Source: Microbotryum violaceum (lineage: Eukaryota). From it: a stretch of DNA of 64,000 nt. Positions 1-14,419 of the stretch are shown one piece after another. The DNA lies in the NCBI GenBank assembly GCA_001244265.2, contig CDLV01000016.1, forward strand, positions 248,001 through 312,000. Direction: 5' to 3'. The notes below the pieces were generated by a model. It saw only the letters and a program-made list of their open reading frames with translations. It made no database searches and was not told the origin of the DNA. The translations under genes were made by a program, and so were the position numbers. Position 1 is the first letter of the stretch, and the number at the start of each line of letters is the position of its first letter.

Positions 1-250
1 CAAGAAGTAGTGAAAAACGTGCTTCGCTTGAACGTTGGGGACATGCCATGTCATTCATGTAATAGTCGCTTCTTTGTACAATTCATAGTCTAGAATGGAA
101 TGACAGACGTGTTGCAAGAGCAGAGAAATCTATTGCTGTCAGGCATCTGCCCAACCAGCGGAAGGCAGCGGGTTTATTATATTCGATATGAGAATGTGTG
201 AAAGGAGCGAAGCGAAGAGGATGCGGGAGCGTGATGATATACTAGTGCGT

Positions 251-3200
251 TCAGACCTTCTTACCGATACGACTACCCATACGGACAAGTGTTTCGATCT
301 ATGAGCGAGGATAAGTAACAAAGGTTCAGTCCCCTGTCCTCTGGCCGTGTAGGATTAAAAAAACACTCACCGAGTTGTTCGAGTTGGCCACAAGATCTTC
401 ATCGAACTGCACATTGTTGAAGAGACACACGATCGTGCTGCCACCAAAGGCAAAGCTGTAGCGAACGCCAATTCTTCTCGTCAGTCCTCCTCGGTTCTCC
501 TTCACGCGAAGTCTCAAGGTGCTCGAGGTGCAGCTTACTACCCCGTCTCGTCACCTCGCTTCACCTCCTGACCTTCCGTGGCCGTCATTGCGATCTATTC
601 GGCATCCAAACAGTTCGAATCAGGACTTGTGTGATGCAACGAATACGCATCCCCGATCTCACCGATCCGACGAGCATGGCACCAATCCAAACCGTCACGA
701 CCTCGCCAAAGACCGCTGCACATGCATCGCCATCAAAGTCAGCCACTTTGATGCTGACGATTGTTAAACCACCGAGCAGAATATTGAGCTTACGCGACAA
801 GACTGTCCCGACCAGGCGTTTGTTCTCGCCATAGACATCGATCGCCGAACGAATAGCCATAGGGTTCACGGTGAAGAGTTTCCCCGGAACGAGGTGTTGA
901 GGTCCCATGACCCCGTCCACAGGACTGCGAATCGGTTGGTCGGTCCCAGATGAGTGCACCCCTCACGCGATCTGCGATCTATTCAAAGGTTCCACTACTT
1001 GACTCACGAATGATATCGATGATAATCCTGAGGCGCGAGTCGGAAGATGGCCAAGCTGGCATTCTCAAACTCGTGCGCCTTGTGCTGGAGTTGCTCACCG
1101 AGCAAGCGAGCGACGGAAAACTCGCGCCCTTTGATCCAGATCTTGGTGGCGGCTTTCACGGTGGGGAAAAACATGGCTCGGCACTGTGCGGAGTGATTTT
1201 TTCGTCTTAGCTTATGTATCGGGTAGCAAAACCGAGGAATTAATAACAACGCACATCGGCCGGAGACACAAGGGTCGTTGGGTCGTCCGGGTCCGCGACG
1301 GGGCGCGCCTCGGGCTTGAGTTTGCGATAAAAGAACTCATTGAAGGTCTTAAATGACGACAAGGGATCTCGTACCTCGTCGAGGTTGAGGTTGTGAAAGT
1401 CGATGAAAGGGGGAATGTCTCGGACGGAGGCTGGAGAGTCGTACTTAATGCCCTGCTTCTTGGACATGGAGTCGAGCAGGCGGGCGACTGTGACCAAAGA
1501 CATGCCTTGAGGTCAGTCACCAATCGCACTGAAGAGTTCTCGCAACTCACTTCTGGCCCCTTCCATACCACCGCCGGCACCTAAACCACGGTAAGCCAAC
1601 CTCATTCCAAGTCGCACCTAAAAAAAAGAGCATTGGTACGTTTAGTGCCTGCGGACTGCAGAGAAACCGAGCCAACCACCTCCACACTAACATAGATAGC
1701 GATCTTTTCCTCGATGAGATTCCCCGTCTGACGATCCAGCACGATGATGTTGGCCGAATCTGCGCCGATTTTGTAAGCCCCACGGGTTGCCCTGGCGATC
1801 GCTTTGGACAGCCACTTGCGTTGCGCTTGATGAGCCGTCACGTACTCGGCCACGACGATGCGATTGACGGACCGAGGGTCGGTCGAGGAGCAGATACCCA
1901 AATGGGTGATGATGTCGACTTCGGCCTTGGAGTTCATTCGAGGCGCATGACACAAGGGGCATTGACGGACGTTGATGACCCTCTCGACGGCTCGGTCTTT
2001 TGTTGTCGCGTGATCGTTGTTCCGCAACATCGGAGTTGAAGCTCCGCCGGGGGCTGGGCTCGAGCTCTCGGACGATGCCGTCAAGGTTTGACGCGATATA
2101 CCCAAACGGCCCTCTCCACCTTGGGTTGCTTTGACGGTGGTGTCAAGCTCCTTGTTCGTGACAACGTCGGTTCCAGGCGTTACAGGCCGCATGCCCGAGG
2201 ATGGGTCACTCGACTGGACTACAGGAGCCTTGGTCGACGCGAGCGAGATTTCAGCTTGTTGGTTGGCACTGCTTAATCCATGGCTCAAACTAGGAGTGTT
2301 TGGGGTCGAGTCAGGACCCTCCTCGACCATCCTACGTTCTTCCTTAGGGCGAGTCATCTCTTGTTCCAAGCAAAGCACCACTTGATCCGTCGACAACTCC
2401 CCATCAAGATCGACATCGAATCGGGTGAAAAAGGACGCGATTGTGTCTTTGGTCAAAGTTGATCCGAGCGAGTCCAGCATCGAGGTGATCTCGAGGTGAG
2501 AGTAGGCGTTCGAGTCGTTCGAGTCAAAGTTTTTGAGGTACAGTCTCCAGAATTGCTGCCGCAGCGCGGCGTACGGCGTAAACTTGGCTCGGATCTGCAG
2601 TGTCGGGTGACCGGTATTGGAGTCGCGCTCGCCATGGTCTTTCGAGCCCTCGATCTTGAGCGTGTGCTCGCGGAAGTCATCGTTGGCCAGCCTTCCATCG
2701 GACCGAGCAGGGAATAGGCCGTTTTCGTCAGGCTGAATTGTAGAGCCCAAGAGGTTCTCGAGGGGCACAGCGACATCGCCAACATGGTCGTTCGAGCTCA
2801 TCTTGTCCCAGTCATAGACGCTGAACGCAATTGTCCAGTGCACCTCCGTTTGGCGCACGTTGAAGGCCAGTCGTTCGTCCCACACGGGGTTGAGCGAGTG
2901 ACGAATGACGCGCGTGCGGAACACCTTGCGACCGAACGAACACACCACGAAAGGGTCCATGTCGAAGCTCGACTTGATCAGATTCTTGTAGCGCGGCAGA
3001 TCCTTGGCGCCCTTGACCTCGACCTGGACGAGACCAAAAATGTCGTCGTTCTCCTCGTAAGTGTAGTCGCGCCTTGTTCGGCGTCGACCAAGCGCTGAAG
3101 TCTTCTTTATCAACTCTACTCCTTGAACTTGGTCCGCCTCGCTGGTATCGCGGCGGCGGCGGCGAAGACGTCGTACCTTCCGAGTCTTCCTGTCCCCGAT

Positions 3201-5188
3201 GGTCCCAGGTGCAACCACAGCGGGATGCCCGTCCACGTCAGCAACGACGAGTGCAGGCGTGCTAGTGCCCGAAGATGGGATAGAGTCTTTGGTGTTGGCC
3301 TTGCGACGAGAGAACCGTTTACGCTTTTTTACCGCAGCCTCGCTCGTAGAATCGCCAGCATCGGTCGTCGCATCGCTGGCCCCGTGACCCCCCGCCGACG
3401 AATCATGGCCGTCGGGATGGGCTCGCTGCGAGATCGCCGAATCGATTCGTTTGATGAAGCCGGGCAAGCTCAAGCCACGCCTGCTCGACGGTCGGGATGA
3501 CGGGGCCGATGCACCAACGGACGACGAGGGTGGCTTAGCCGCGCCGGATTTGCTCGAAGACGGTGTCGGGGCTTCGTCCATGCCAACGCTGGAAGTGCTC
3601 TCGGGGGCGGTGGTGAGCGTCGACTCGGGCGACCGCACCTTGGTGAGGGGTGCACCAACTGTGGCGCCCATGCCAAAGTAGTCCGTCGGGGCCTCGATCG
3701 CAGTAAATGCCGGTTGGTTGTCGTCCTCGGAAGAGTCGCCAACTCCCGCGTCGACATCCTCGTACTCGGCGTCCGTGAAGTCGGTTCCTTCGGTCGCATC
3801 GGTCATTGTGGAGTCAGTATCGGTGTCGGATGCGGCACCCTGATCGCCATCACCACCCTCGGCAGGACCAAAGAGGTGGTGTAGGTTCGCGGGGACCATG
3901 CCCAGAGGAGCCGAATCCCAGATCATCTGTGTTCCGACACCCTCCGTCGGCGAGGCAAGGAGCAGCCGATTGGCCTTGCTCGCAGCATCACGATCCTCCT
4001 TGCAACGCTGCAACACGTCCAGGATTCGCTCTTGCTCGATCGTGGTCAGTTTTCGGGCCAAGTTCGAGGCCGCAGTCGACGTCGTGGCCATTCGGAGGGC
4101 ATTGGCGACTTGGGACGATGACGGAGCCGGCATGAAGCCAACTTGGATCAGCACAGACCCCGAGACGTGTGAACGAGAGCGGCTGGAGCGCAGTGGATGC
4201 CAGAGCGGCTGATGGTACGGTGCACCCCAGAACCAAAAATTAGCTCGGAATACGCGATCTACGCTGATATGAGACCATGCACGCACCTTGTTGTTCTCAT
4301 CCTCGATTGCGACGGGGGGTCGACCGCCGACCCAGTCCTGCGGGAAGCCCCACCAATCTTCGATGCCGAGGCTGACTTCGCCGAGGTACTCTCGCCCAAC
4401 GCGATCACGATCCCACAGCACGATCTCGACGCGTTCACGAGCGAGAGCTTTGCATTCGTAGAGCACGGTTTCGAGTTTGGCTTCGCCTCCGACGCCTTCG
4501 ATGTGGACTTGATCGCCTCCTCTGCCCCAGACCGGGTTCAGCGACTTGTGCACGGTGGGCCCGGTGGCCTGTACGAGACAAGATACCCGCATGAAAGGTT
4601 CTCTGTCAGTACAAGTATTCTGCTGGATTGGATCTCTGGGGTGAGCTGGCCAGGTCGACTTGCGCGCGTGTTCATGTATCGCAAGCTCGGGTACGGGTCC
4701 GACAAGCCATTCCTGTCCTTGGCGACAATATCCCTTGCGGCGAGGACCCTCACGACGAGCAATCCCAAGGGCGTATCATCAAGAGGCTCGTAGAGCTGAT
4801 TACGACGACGTGCTGCGCCACGGAACGGGATGCGAGGTGCCGGGATCGCCTTCTTGAGCTTGCTCGCCGGGTTGAGGTTGAGCTTGCCAAGGATCGAGCG
4901 GCGCAACGGCTGCGAGGCGAGGGAGGGCCGAACTGCATCCGCATGCGAGAGCGTGTTGCTGGTGTTGGTGCTGTTGCTGCTGTTGGGGATGTTGGGGATG
5001 CTACTGCTGCTACTGCTGCTACTGCTGCTACTGCTGCTACTGCTGGTGCTTGCTGCTGTCGCTGCGTGCGAGTGCGACGGCTGCTGGGGTCGGGTTGAAG
5101 CCGAGGCGGCCGTCGACGGCGGAGTGGGGGAGCGCTCGACGTCGCCTGCAACCACGTGCACGCACGGCACCGCAGCTTGTCTGGGCAT
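251..5188 (-). CDS. PSD2: Phosphatidylserine decarboxylase 2 (C2-C2-EF-hand-PSD), multi-exon
   Basis: Two C2 domains (LLVVRVLAARDIVAKDRNGLSDP..SLNPVW; VQVEVKGAKDLP..DMDPFVV..SLNPVWDE). PSD motifs FKTFNEFFYRKLKP..RP, FRLAPQDYHRYH and FTVNPMAIRS, plus self-cleavage motif FGGST. Last exon IETLVRMGSRIGKKV, stop at 251-253. Confidence 0.95.
5000..5045 (-). repeat. 9-nt coding repeat giving a poly-Ser tract in the PSD2 N-terminus
   Basis: (CTACTGCTG)n on the + strand, about 5 copies. Confidence 0.9.
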
Positions 5189-5558
5189 GTTGGCAGCAAT
5201 GCGTAAAAAGGCTGGGACCAGATGGTCACAGTCACGTCACTGTGGATGGTGGAGAGTTTCAAGAGTCAGGACGCCGGTGCGACCGATCGCACACGTGTGG
5301 ACAGAGAACAGACAGAGAGAGGCAGCGCGCGCGGTATGCAGTGTGGGGTAAGCGCGCACCTCGAAAGTCATTTCACCGTTATTTATAGTGGCGCGGCGCG
5401 ACCGGGATCGTGGAGGCTGTGCGGCGCCCGTACTCCTGAGATCGAGCAAGCGCCAGACACCGAGACGGTCGTAATCAGCTCGCCATCAAGTGGCAATTTC
5501 AATCGTGCTACTCTAAAATCTATAGACATGCTCCAAGTGCTATACACTCCCCGAAACT

Positions 5559-8500
5559 CTAAGCCGACGCAATGACGACACTGATCGCGACGTCCTGCGA
5601 ATGCGAAAGTGACAGCTCAAACTTGTTGATGCCCTTCTCCTTGGCAATACGAGCCGCCTCGCCGTGCAGAGCGATCGAAGGACCCGTCGACGACGACACA
5701 ACCTCAATGTCGATCAACGACGCTCCCGCACCCTTGGACTCGACCTTCATCGACTTGAACGTCGCCTCCTTGGCGCTCCAACGGGCCGCGTAGCTCGCGC
5801 GAGGATCGGCCGCCGACGAGCAGTAGTCGATCTCGGCTTGGGTGAAATTGCGCTTGAGGAAGCCCTCGTTGTCGATGTTGATCGCCGAGATCAACTCGAC
5901 GTCCGTTCCGACACCGTGGACGCTGTTCGTCGCGGCGGCAACGAGCTTGCTCGCGATCGCGGCGTTGTTCTCAGCCGAGTTCGACGCAGCCTCGGTCTGC
6001 AACGTCTTGGGGAACTCGAACGAGCCATGACCGTCGGGCGTCGTACGCGCGAGAGGGTTGAGCAAGACGGGTTGCTCGAGCTCGGCCGAGAAGGGCGAGT
6101 GCTCCTTGATCTGGACCATGTTGCCCTTGGTGAAGAACTCGTTGAACTTGCGGTACGCGGCTTGGCGGCGCACGTTGTTGGACTTGGCGTAGGCATCGAA
6201 CGCGGCGGGCTCGACCGAGCCGAGCAGGTACGCGGGGTGGATCAATAGAGCTTGACCACCGACTTGTCCGAAACCGAACGAGGTGAGCAGACCGGCCTTG
6301 ATGCCCATCGTCTGGATCGACTTGGACGGGTAGAGCAGGTACTCGAACTTGCGCATCTCCTCGGCGATGTTGTCGGCGTTGCGGTTGCCAGGGATGAGAC
6401 CGGTCTGGATCGCCTGCGTGAGGCCGTTCATCATCCAGGCAGCGGCACCACCCTTGGGATGCTATGTTGTGGATTGGAAAGAGAGTCACAGTAAGCTTCT
6501 GTTCCTTGGTAACTCCACAAAGTTTGATCTGAACTTACACCGGTGAGCCACTTTTGCGCAATGACGGGGCAAGCGTTGCCCTCGGCACGGCCGAGATGGC
6601 GGAACTGCTCATTGTAGGCGTTCGACTCATTCTTGTCATTCGCCGCGGTCGAAGTACCGTGGAACGAAGCGACTCCGACGTCGTCGATGGTAAGGCCCCA
6701 CACAGCCAGGGCACGGCGCAAAGGCGAGATGGTTGGGTCGCTCCCGGCAAGCATACCAAAGGTCGACACGGCCTCGGACTCTTGACGCTTGGCTTCGCTC
6801 TCGATCGAGGCGAGGCGCGAAGCAACGTACTCGTCGTCCAGAGCCTTGCCCTCGAACTCCATCTTGAGCAGCTCGGTCTCGTTCTCAAGCCACTGCGAGA
6901 TCTGCCTGCGACGGAACTCGAGCTGGCGCTTGCGGTAAGCGATGTCGAGGATCTGCGAGGGGTACTTGGAGTGAACTTGGCGAGCGGTACCCATGACACC
7001 GAGACCCGGCGCAGGGATCGATCGGCCGGCCTTGTCGGTCGCAGTGGATGTGAACGCGACGATGCCGTAGATGGTGGCACCCATCTCGATGGCGGTCTTG
7101 GCCGACATGAGGACTTGCGTACCGCAACCTTGTGATTCCACTGTTGGTGGGGGAGGCGTAACGAATGGTCAGCTCAAGCACACCACGCCCACAAAGACGG
7201 GCGAACATACTGAAACCGGATCGAGTGCTCGTCGTGGGACGCGACATCTCGGTCGGCTCTCGGCCGGCAGCGAACTCGGTCAAGGTGTTGGACGTCGCCT
7301 TCATGTTAGCGAACTCGAACGAGCCTTCCTCGGAGAAGTCGTCGAAGCCACCGGCGATCATGACTTTGGCCTTGCCGGACAAGATCGTGTCGATGGCAAT
7401 CTCGACGGACTGCAAAGCAGTGGCGCAAGCTCCGACGGGGATCTTGATAGGTCCCGAGGACGAGAGCAAGAGCAAGTTGACCCATCCAGCGACCGTGTTG
7501 ATGAAGCTGTGAATGCAAAAATGTATAGCTGGTCAGCGTCTGGAACTCGAGATATCGCAGCACTACAGAAAACAGAATACGTACGTTTCTTGCAAAATAT
7601 CCTTCTGCACGTCCTTCTCCTCGCGACGGTCTCGGAACATTCTGGAGAGCGAGACCATACCACCCATGCCGGAACCAAGCGACGATCCGACCTCGGAGGG
7701 GTGCACATACTTGTACATCTCGTAAGGGTCCGTGATACCGGCCATCATCAACGCCTCGGAAACGGCGACAAGCGCCCAGAGCGAGGTGCGATCGACTTGC
7801 GCAGCAATGTCGTCGGGAATGCCGAAGGCCTTGTGCGACCACCCCGTGGGGATCTGACCAGCGACGAGACGATCGAACGCGACGGCCTTGGGGATGACGA
7901 TCTTGGCGCCCTTCTTGAACTTGACGAAGAACTTGGAGCCGTCATCGGTGTAGACGTCGACCTTGTCGCCGTGCTCGAGCTTGAAGCGGCTCGCGTCCTC
8001 GTCCGAGGCCTCGATCGGCTCGAGGTCGTGTTGGAGCTCGATCTCCTGGGTCAGACCCTTTTTATTCGGGTTGTAGCCGTTAAAGAGCTCGGGCTCGATG
8101 AGACGGATACCGGTGTGGGCGAGGATGTGCTTCTCGTAAGCGGCCTTGACGTCCTTGTCGTCGAGCGGCTCCGAGGTCTTGGCATCGACCCATCCGACGT
8201 AGAGCGAGCCATCCTTGAGACGGCCGTCAAAGTGCTTGATCAAACCCGTGATGTACGCGAGCTCGAGCGTGCCCTGGATCGAAAGGCTGCCGTGGGCCTC
8301 GATCTCCCAACGCGTGCGCGAAGAGCCGAAAGGGCCCACTTCGGCGAAACCGGTCATGACAACGACCTTCTCGAGGTCGATCAAACCGCGCAGCTTGGCC
8401 AACTCCGACATGGCGTCGATGGGCTTGAGCTCGGGGAAGGGCAGCGAGAAGTTGGCTCGAGGCAAGACTTTGACTTGGTGATGAATCTGCTCGGCGTCGC

Positions 8501-11500
8501 TACCGCGCGTGATCTTGTAGTCGAGCGAGTTGTCGACGGCGATCGCTCTGCGCGTCGACGCGGTCAGGTTGAGGTTCGTGCGGATGTCGGTCGTGAGCGC
8601 GGCAAGGTCGGGCAACTTGTCCATGCCACCGTTGAGGTCGGCCCATACGGGTTCGATCTGAGCCACGTCGAAGACGAGGGGGTGCATGAGACCGAGGATG
8701 TTGAACGCCATCTCCTTGGCCGAGAAGGTGCGGACACCTTGCGCCTCGATGCCTTCGGCGACCGAGTTGGTCGCGTTCATAAGACCCGTACCACGCGTCC
8801 AGCCGATCACGGCACCGGCGATGCACAGGTACTCGCCCCACGACTCGGACGACCAACGATTGAAGAGGGTCTCGAGCGAGATCTTGGACTCGGAGTAGAG
8901 ACCGTCCTTGCCGAACAGACCGTGGTTGGGTGAGAGAGGCAGGACGACTTCGGTTGGGCGCGTCGTGAGCTGTAGAGCCGCCTTCTTGGACTTGACGGCG
9001 CCGAGGAGGCGCAAGAGGTTGGTTAACATGATGCGGTGAGCGAGCTCGGAGCGATCATCGAGACCATCGATCTCGCGACCGTTCTCGGGCAAAGCCGCGA
9101 AGGGGAGGATGTAGTCGAGGTCCATGCCGAGACCCTTCTCCTTGTTATAGATGAAGTCGACAAGCGCCTCGACGTCGTGCTTGGAGCCTTGGTTAAAGGG
9201 AACGACCGTGAGCGACGAGCCCTTAGATCCGCACTCTTGGTAGATGCCCTGATAGTACTCTACCGTGGCACGCGAGTATCTCGACGTCGTGACGACGACC
9301 TTGGCACCACCAGCGAGCAAACCCTTGACGATCTCAACACCGATTGAGCCTTTGCCGACACCGGTCATGAGCGCGTTCTTGTGCTCAAACGTGACACCGC
9401 TCGTGGCAATTTCCTTGAGGATGTCGAGGTACAACGACGTGAGCTTGGACGAGTATTGCCAGTTCGTGCCAACCTTGCGCTTGAGGTGCAACAAGGGCAT
9501 CTTGTCCTCGGGGAGGAAAGTCGCCTCGGTCAAGCCCGAGGGCCGGAGGAACGCGGCCGATGAGCGACGGGTGCGAGCAGGGGTCTTGGTCGTACCTTTG
9601 GCAGCAGGCGCGGTACCTTCCTTGCCAAGGCCACGCACGACCTCACCGTAGAGCGAGCGGATCGACTGCATGTGCGCCTTGGAGATTTGCGGCTGCGATT
9701 TGATCAAGCGGTAGATCTTTTCAATGTGATCTTGAACCTTGTCGAGCTGTTCGAAAAGCAAGGACCGATTGTGAGTGAATCGAACACAGACAGTCAGAAC
9801 TCGTTCTCGAGAGGGACACTGACGTTGACACTAGGAACCGTAATCTTGCTGCCGGCGGCCATTTCGGCGACGTACTTTTCGAGACGCGATACACCGGGTC
9901 GGTTGACTTCCTCGGTGAGGATGTCACCCTTGGCGGAAATCGTCGTTTTAGGCATGGTCGGGAACGTGACGTCGCGGTATAGAGGCGCCTGACCGATCAT
10001 CTCCTTGCAGTTGTCGAGGAGTTGCTGGCCGAATTGCTTGGCAAGCACAAAATTCTCGCCGAGGTAGACGGGGGTGTTGTCGATCGTGTACTGCATGTAC
10101 TTAATCTGGTTGATGTCACGCACGGGCAAAAATGTCAGTGCCACTGCTAAGAGAATTGCCGTGCAATCTGGATCCACTTACGAGAGAAGGATCGGCACGG
10201 TTCATAATGACGATGCACCTCGCGGTGATGTCTCGGTCGACGGTCGTGAGACGGCCAAAGAGGATGTCCATCCACATTGTGAGCGCATCTTGGCGGACCC
10301 AGTTCCAACTCGAGTTGAAATGACGCGCCTTGAGTGGGTCAAAGACGCCCTGGATCCCGTTGATGTAGTCGTCGCCGTGCTCGCGAGCGATCGCGTCGAG
10401 CTTGTCCTGCAAGCCTTGGACTTCGTCCTTTTGTTGGTCCGCGAGGCGGTGACCTGTCCTCGAGTCACGGCCAAGGTAGCGCAACAAGACCTCGACCTGC
10501 TGCGATACAAAGTCGTTCTGCTTGGCTTGCATCTTGTCGAGCTGCTCCGAGTCGATCATCATGCCAGCCCCAGCACCGGCTCCTCCACCACCACCACCTC
10601 CGCCGCCGGACGACAACGTGATGCCGGCGTTCGAGGCGTAGGCTTGTGCAGCGGCATCGAGGAAGGCTTTAGCATCGGCTTCCGAACCGAGACGCTTGAG
10701 GGGCTCTTGCGTGAGCGCAACGAGCAAGACACCGTCGATGCGGCCCGAGCCGAGACCCCATTGCTTGCCGAGGTGAGCCTTCGCGGCGGACAGACCAAAG
10801 CCACCGGGCATCTTGGAGCCGATCATGCGAGCGATGAGACCGGAGGTGTACTTGCCAGGGGCACCAGAGTGACCTTGGGCAAGGGCGGCACCGAGTTCCG
10901 AGAGCGGCATCTCCTCACCCTTCTCGGGAGCAGAGGCGAACTCGCCCTGGAGATCACCGAGAATCTCGTTCTGAAGCGTCGACTTGCCACCAACGAGGTC
11001 CTTGATAGACTTGCCGAGAGGGACCTCCGAAACGGGCTTCTTGAGCTTCTGAGCGATGATGACACGTAAGACGTCGACGGCCTTGAGCGGTTCGTCGGGA
11101 ACAGAAGCGGCGGGGCCAGCAGAGGCGGCGGGGGCGACAGGGGCCGAGGCCGCAGCGACGGGGGGCGCAGCAGCGGCGGGGGCAGCAGCAGCAGGGGCTT
11201 CGGCAGGGGCTTCGGCAACCTCCTCCTCGAACTGGTAATAGATCTCCTTCTGGTGCTTGGCGATGCAGTAGATGTTGCGCTTGATACCAAGGGCAGAGTC
11301 GTAAGACTCGTACTTGAGCCTGTGAGAACCCGGTATAGCAAGCAACTATTAGTTACTACTATCTTGCCTAGTCGGCCCTGGTAAACTCACTTTTGGGTCC
11401 TGGTGGCCATACCGGTCAAGGTCGGCGAAGGACCGAGCTCGATGAGACGCTCAAACTTGAAGTCCTTGAAGAGGATGTCCTGCGTCTCGATCCAGCGCAC

Positions 11501-14411
11501 AGGACTGGCGAACTGGTAAGCGAGCAGTTCTATCAAGATGGCGTAGCCAAGTTTGTTCTTGTTCTCCGGCTCGCCCCAGCGCTCCTCGTCCCAGTTCTTG
11601 AGCACCTTGCTGAGGCGAGGCGACGAGGTCTGGGTGTGGATCTTTTCGGCGTAGGCGCGCGTGACGGCGTAAGGCTCGGCCGTCAAGTTGGGGATGTAGC
11701 GACCGACAAGCAGGTCGGCGTTAAAGTGCGCGAGGTTGACCTTCTTGGACAGGTAGGTGCGGAACGGCATGACGCCGGCCCAGAGGTAGCGCGAGTGGAA
11801 CGGCACGTCGATACCGGGGAGTGGGATGGTGGCGAAGCCGCGCTCAAGGACGAGGAAACCGCTCTTGGCCTGCAACTCGCGAGCCGACTTAACGCACTCG
11901 TCGACGATGTCGCCGAGCTTCTCCTTGACCTCGTCGATCGACATCATCTCGGTCAACTTGGCCAGATCGATCTTCTGCACCTTGAGGAAGTTGAGCACGT
12001 TCGTCAGCGCCTGCAGAGCGACCAAGTGACCAGCGACGACGTATTGCTGGCCTTCGACGTTGTAGTTGACGACCTCGATGAGGATGCTCCCACGGCGCGA
12101 GATCGTGTCGACAACCTCACGCAAAGCGGCGTCACCGAACGACTTGCCAATCCTCGAAGGGTTCACGGCGCACATGCCGTACGATGAGCGGTTCTGCTCG
12201 TCACGCTCGACAGCACGCTGCATCGTAATACCACGGTAGAAAACGACATCGACGAGTGCCGAAACAGGGAGAATGTCCGCGATCGAAGCGAGGGCCGAGT
12301 ATTCACCGAGCGAGTGACCGGCGAAAAGGCAGTCGCCCTGGACGAGACCTCGAGCGCGCATGTCCTCGAACGCAGCCTTTTCGGTCACGACGAGAGCGAT
12401 CTGAGCGAATTGCGTCGCGTAGAGGAGACCGGTCGGTGACGAGAAGGTGTAGCGAGACGTGCGCAAGTCGATGTCGCCGAAGAGAGGCAAGGTCTTGACA
12501 TTGCCCTCGGCGTCGGTCGTCGTGTACGTCATCTCCATGTACTTTTGTCGCGTCGCTTGGCCCTTGAGACCACCAAAGTGCACTGTCTTCTCCTTAGGGT
12601 TGGTGCGAACGATCTCGAGGATTGAAAAGCCGTAAACCTCGCCCAAGTGTGCATCGGCTTGGTCCCAGACGGCTTTGGCGACTGCCGAGGTGCTGTACAG
12701 CTCCATACCCATGCCGGGCTCTTGCGAACCTTGACCGGTGAAGACGTAGGCCGTAGGGGCTTGTGCGATCTCGGCGGTACCGGTGAGGACGACGGTCGAG
12801 GACTCGACGTCGACGGTCTCAACCTTGATCAACTTGTCGCCTTGGGCGGTCATGCCGATGTGCTTGAGGCGCACCTCCATGAGGCGGTCGGGCAAGCACA
12901 TAGCCGTGAAGCCGACGGTGTACTTCTTGACGCGCGAGCCAATGTTCTCGGCCGCGATCTGCTCCACGAAACGACGCGTGCGAGCCGACGAGTGCATGCC
13001 ATGGGTGATCGTGCCGGGCAACGACGCGAGAGCGGCAAAGTAAGGGTTCGTGTGGATCGGGTTCGTGTCGCCGGAAGTAAAGGAGTAGTCGGCGTTCGAC
13101 GTGGGCGTGAAGAACTGCGCGCCGCTCTCGGCCGTGAGCGAGTAGCCACCGTTCTCGAAGACGATGGGCTGCTCTTGGGCCGACCCGTGACGCTTGAGGT
13201 ACTCGAGCACTGGGTCACCCTTGGTCACGCCTTCGCCCTCGGAGGAGTACTCCACCGTGGCGACCTTGAATGAGGTCTTGCCGTGCTCGAGGCGCGTGAC
13301 GTAAGCACCACCTTGAACGTGGACGCTCGAGTAGGACGACTTGTCGGCGTAGACGTAGCGCGACTCGATGCGGAACTCGAGCTTGGCATCCTTCTCGAGC
13401 GGTTGGGCGTCATTCTCCCACTGGAACCATTCCTTGGATTGGAGGACGGCGACCGACTCGGACGTGGGCAGCGAGACCTTGTAAACGGGGGACTCGATGC
13501 GCGAGAATGTCTGGGCGTAGTCGGTGAAGGTGCCGCGGTACAAGAACGAACTCGTGACCTCGAGCACGGGTACACGCTCCTCGGTCGTGGCCTTGTCCTT
13601 GTTGGCCGCCGACGAGACGAGGTAGACGGTACCCTTGACGGAGACGGTCTTGCCCGAGTCCGAGTTGGTGACGGACTCGATGCGCGAGATCGAGGTGACG
13701 GTGTCGCCGGGAACGAGCGCCGGGGCGCCGGGGAGAACTCGGAAGCCATTGGAAAGGTGGACGAGCTTGAGCAAGTCACCATCGATCGACGAGGGGAAGA
13801 TGGGCTTCATGATGGACTATAGCAGTGAGCGGGAGGAAACGGTCAGTAAGCGATTCCGACACCCCGATGCCCGGTCAGTGCGGTAGAATCTACCTTCCAT
13901 CCCAACTTGATGGCGAAGTCCATGGGGACTTGCATGCCCTTCTTATGGCTGCGCTTGTAGGCCTCGCCCTCGTTACCGACGACGCGGCAGAAGGCTTCGA
14001 TGTCATCCTCGTTGATGGTGACGGTCTCGCCCTGGAACTCGTCCGAGATGGAGAGCTGCGACATGCCTTGCGTGGTCGAGGCATCGAGCGACCACAAGTC
14101 CCAGTAGTGCTGTAGGTTACGAGACAAATGCAATGGTGCAAAGCAAAGGTGAGCCCCCAGGGTCTTGCCGGAAGGAAAGCGTAAGCAGCGAATTCGTCGG
14201 CGCAACTGACCTCCTTGATGCGCTGGTTGCGATCGCCGACGATCTCATGGATCGGGGCGTAAGGGGTCGAGACGTCATACTTGAACTTGAGCTCGAGCGG
14301 GATCGTCTTCTTCTGGACTGGGTCGTGATCGAACAACTTCAGCGAGATGACCGAGTCGGCCTTGCTGAAGTCGATCGAGAGCGCCAAAGGGAGGCCGCTG
14401 GTGGACGACAT
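5559..14411 (-). CDS. FAS2: Fungal type I fatty acid synthase, large subunit (DH-MPT-ACP-KR-KS-PPT), multi-exon
   Basis: DH SGDTNPIH, MPT GHSLGEY, one ACP (GGKSTLQNE), KR TGVGKGSIG, KS PVGACAT and HGTST, PPT GVGTDVE..RWSAKEA. GT-AG introns join the ORF pieces. N-terminus MSSTSGLPLALSIDF; an in-frame upstream ATG at 14432 falls in the predicted intron. Confidence 0.97.
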
Positions 14412-14419
14412 GATCGGTG

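Noticed and set aside
7071-8933. 620-aa + strand ORF, and other long antisense ORFs over FAS1, FAS2 and PSD2
   Set aside because: These are antisense shadows of strongly codon-biased, GC3-rich coding sequence with no recognisable motifs.
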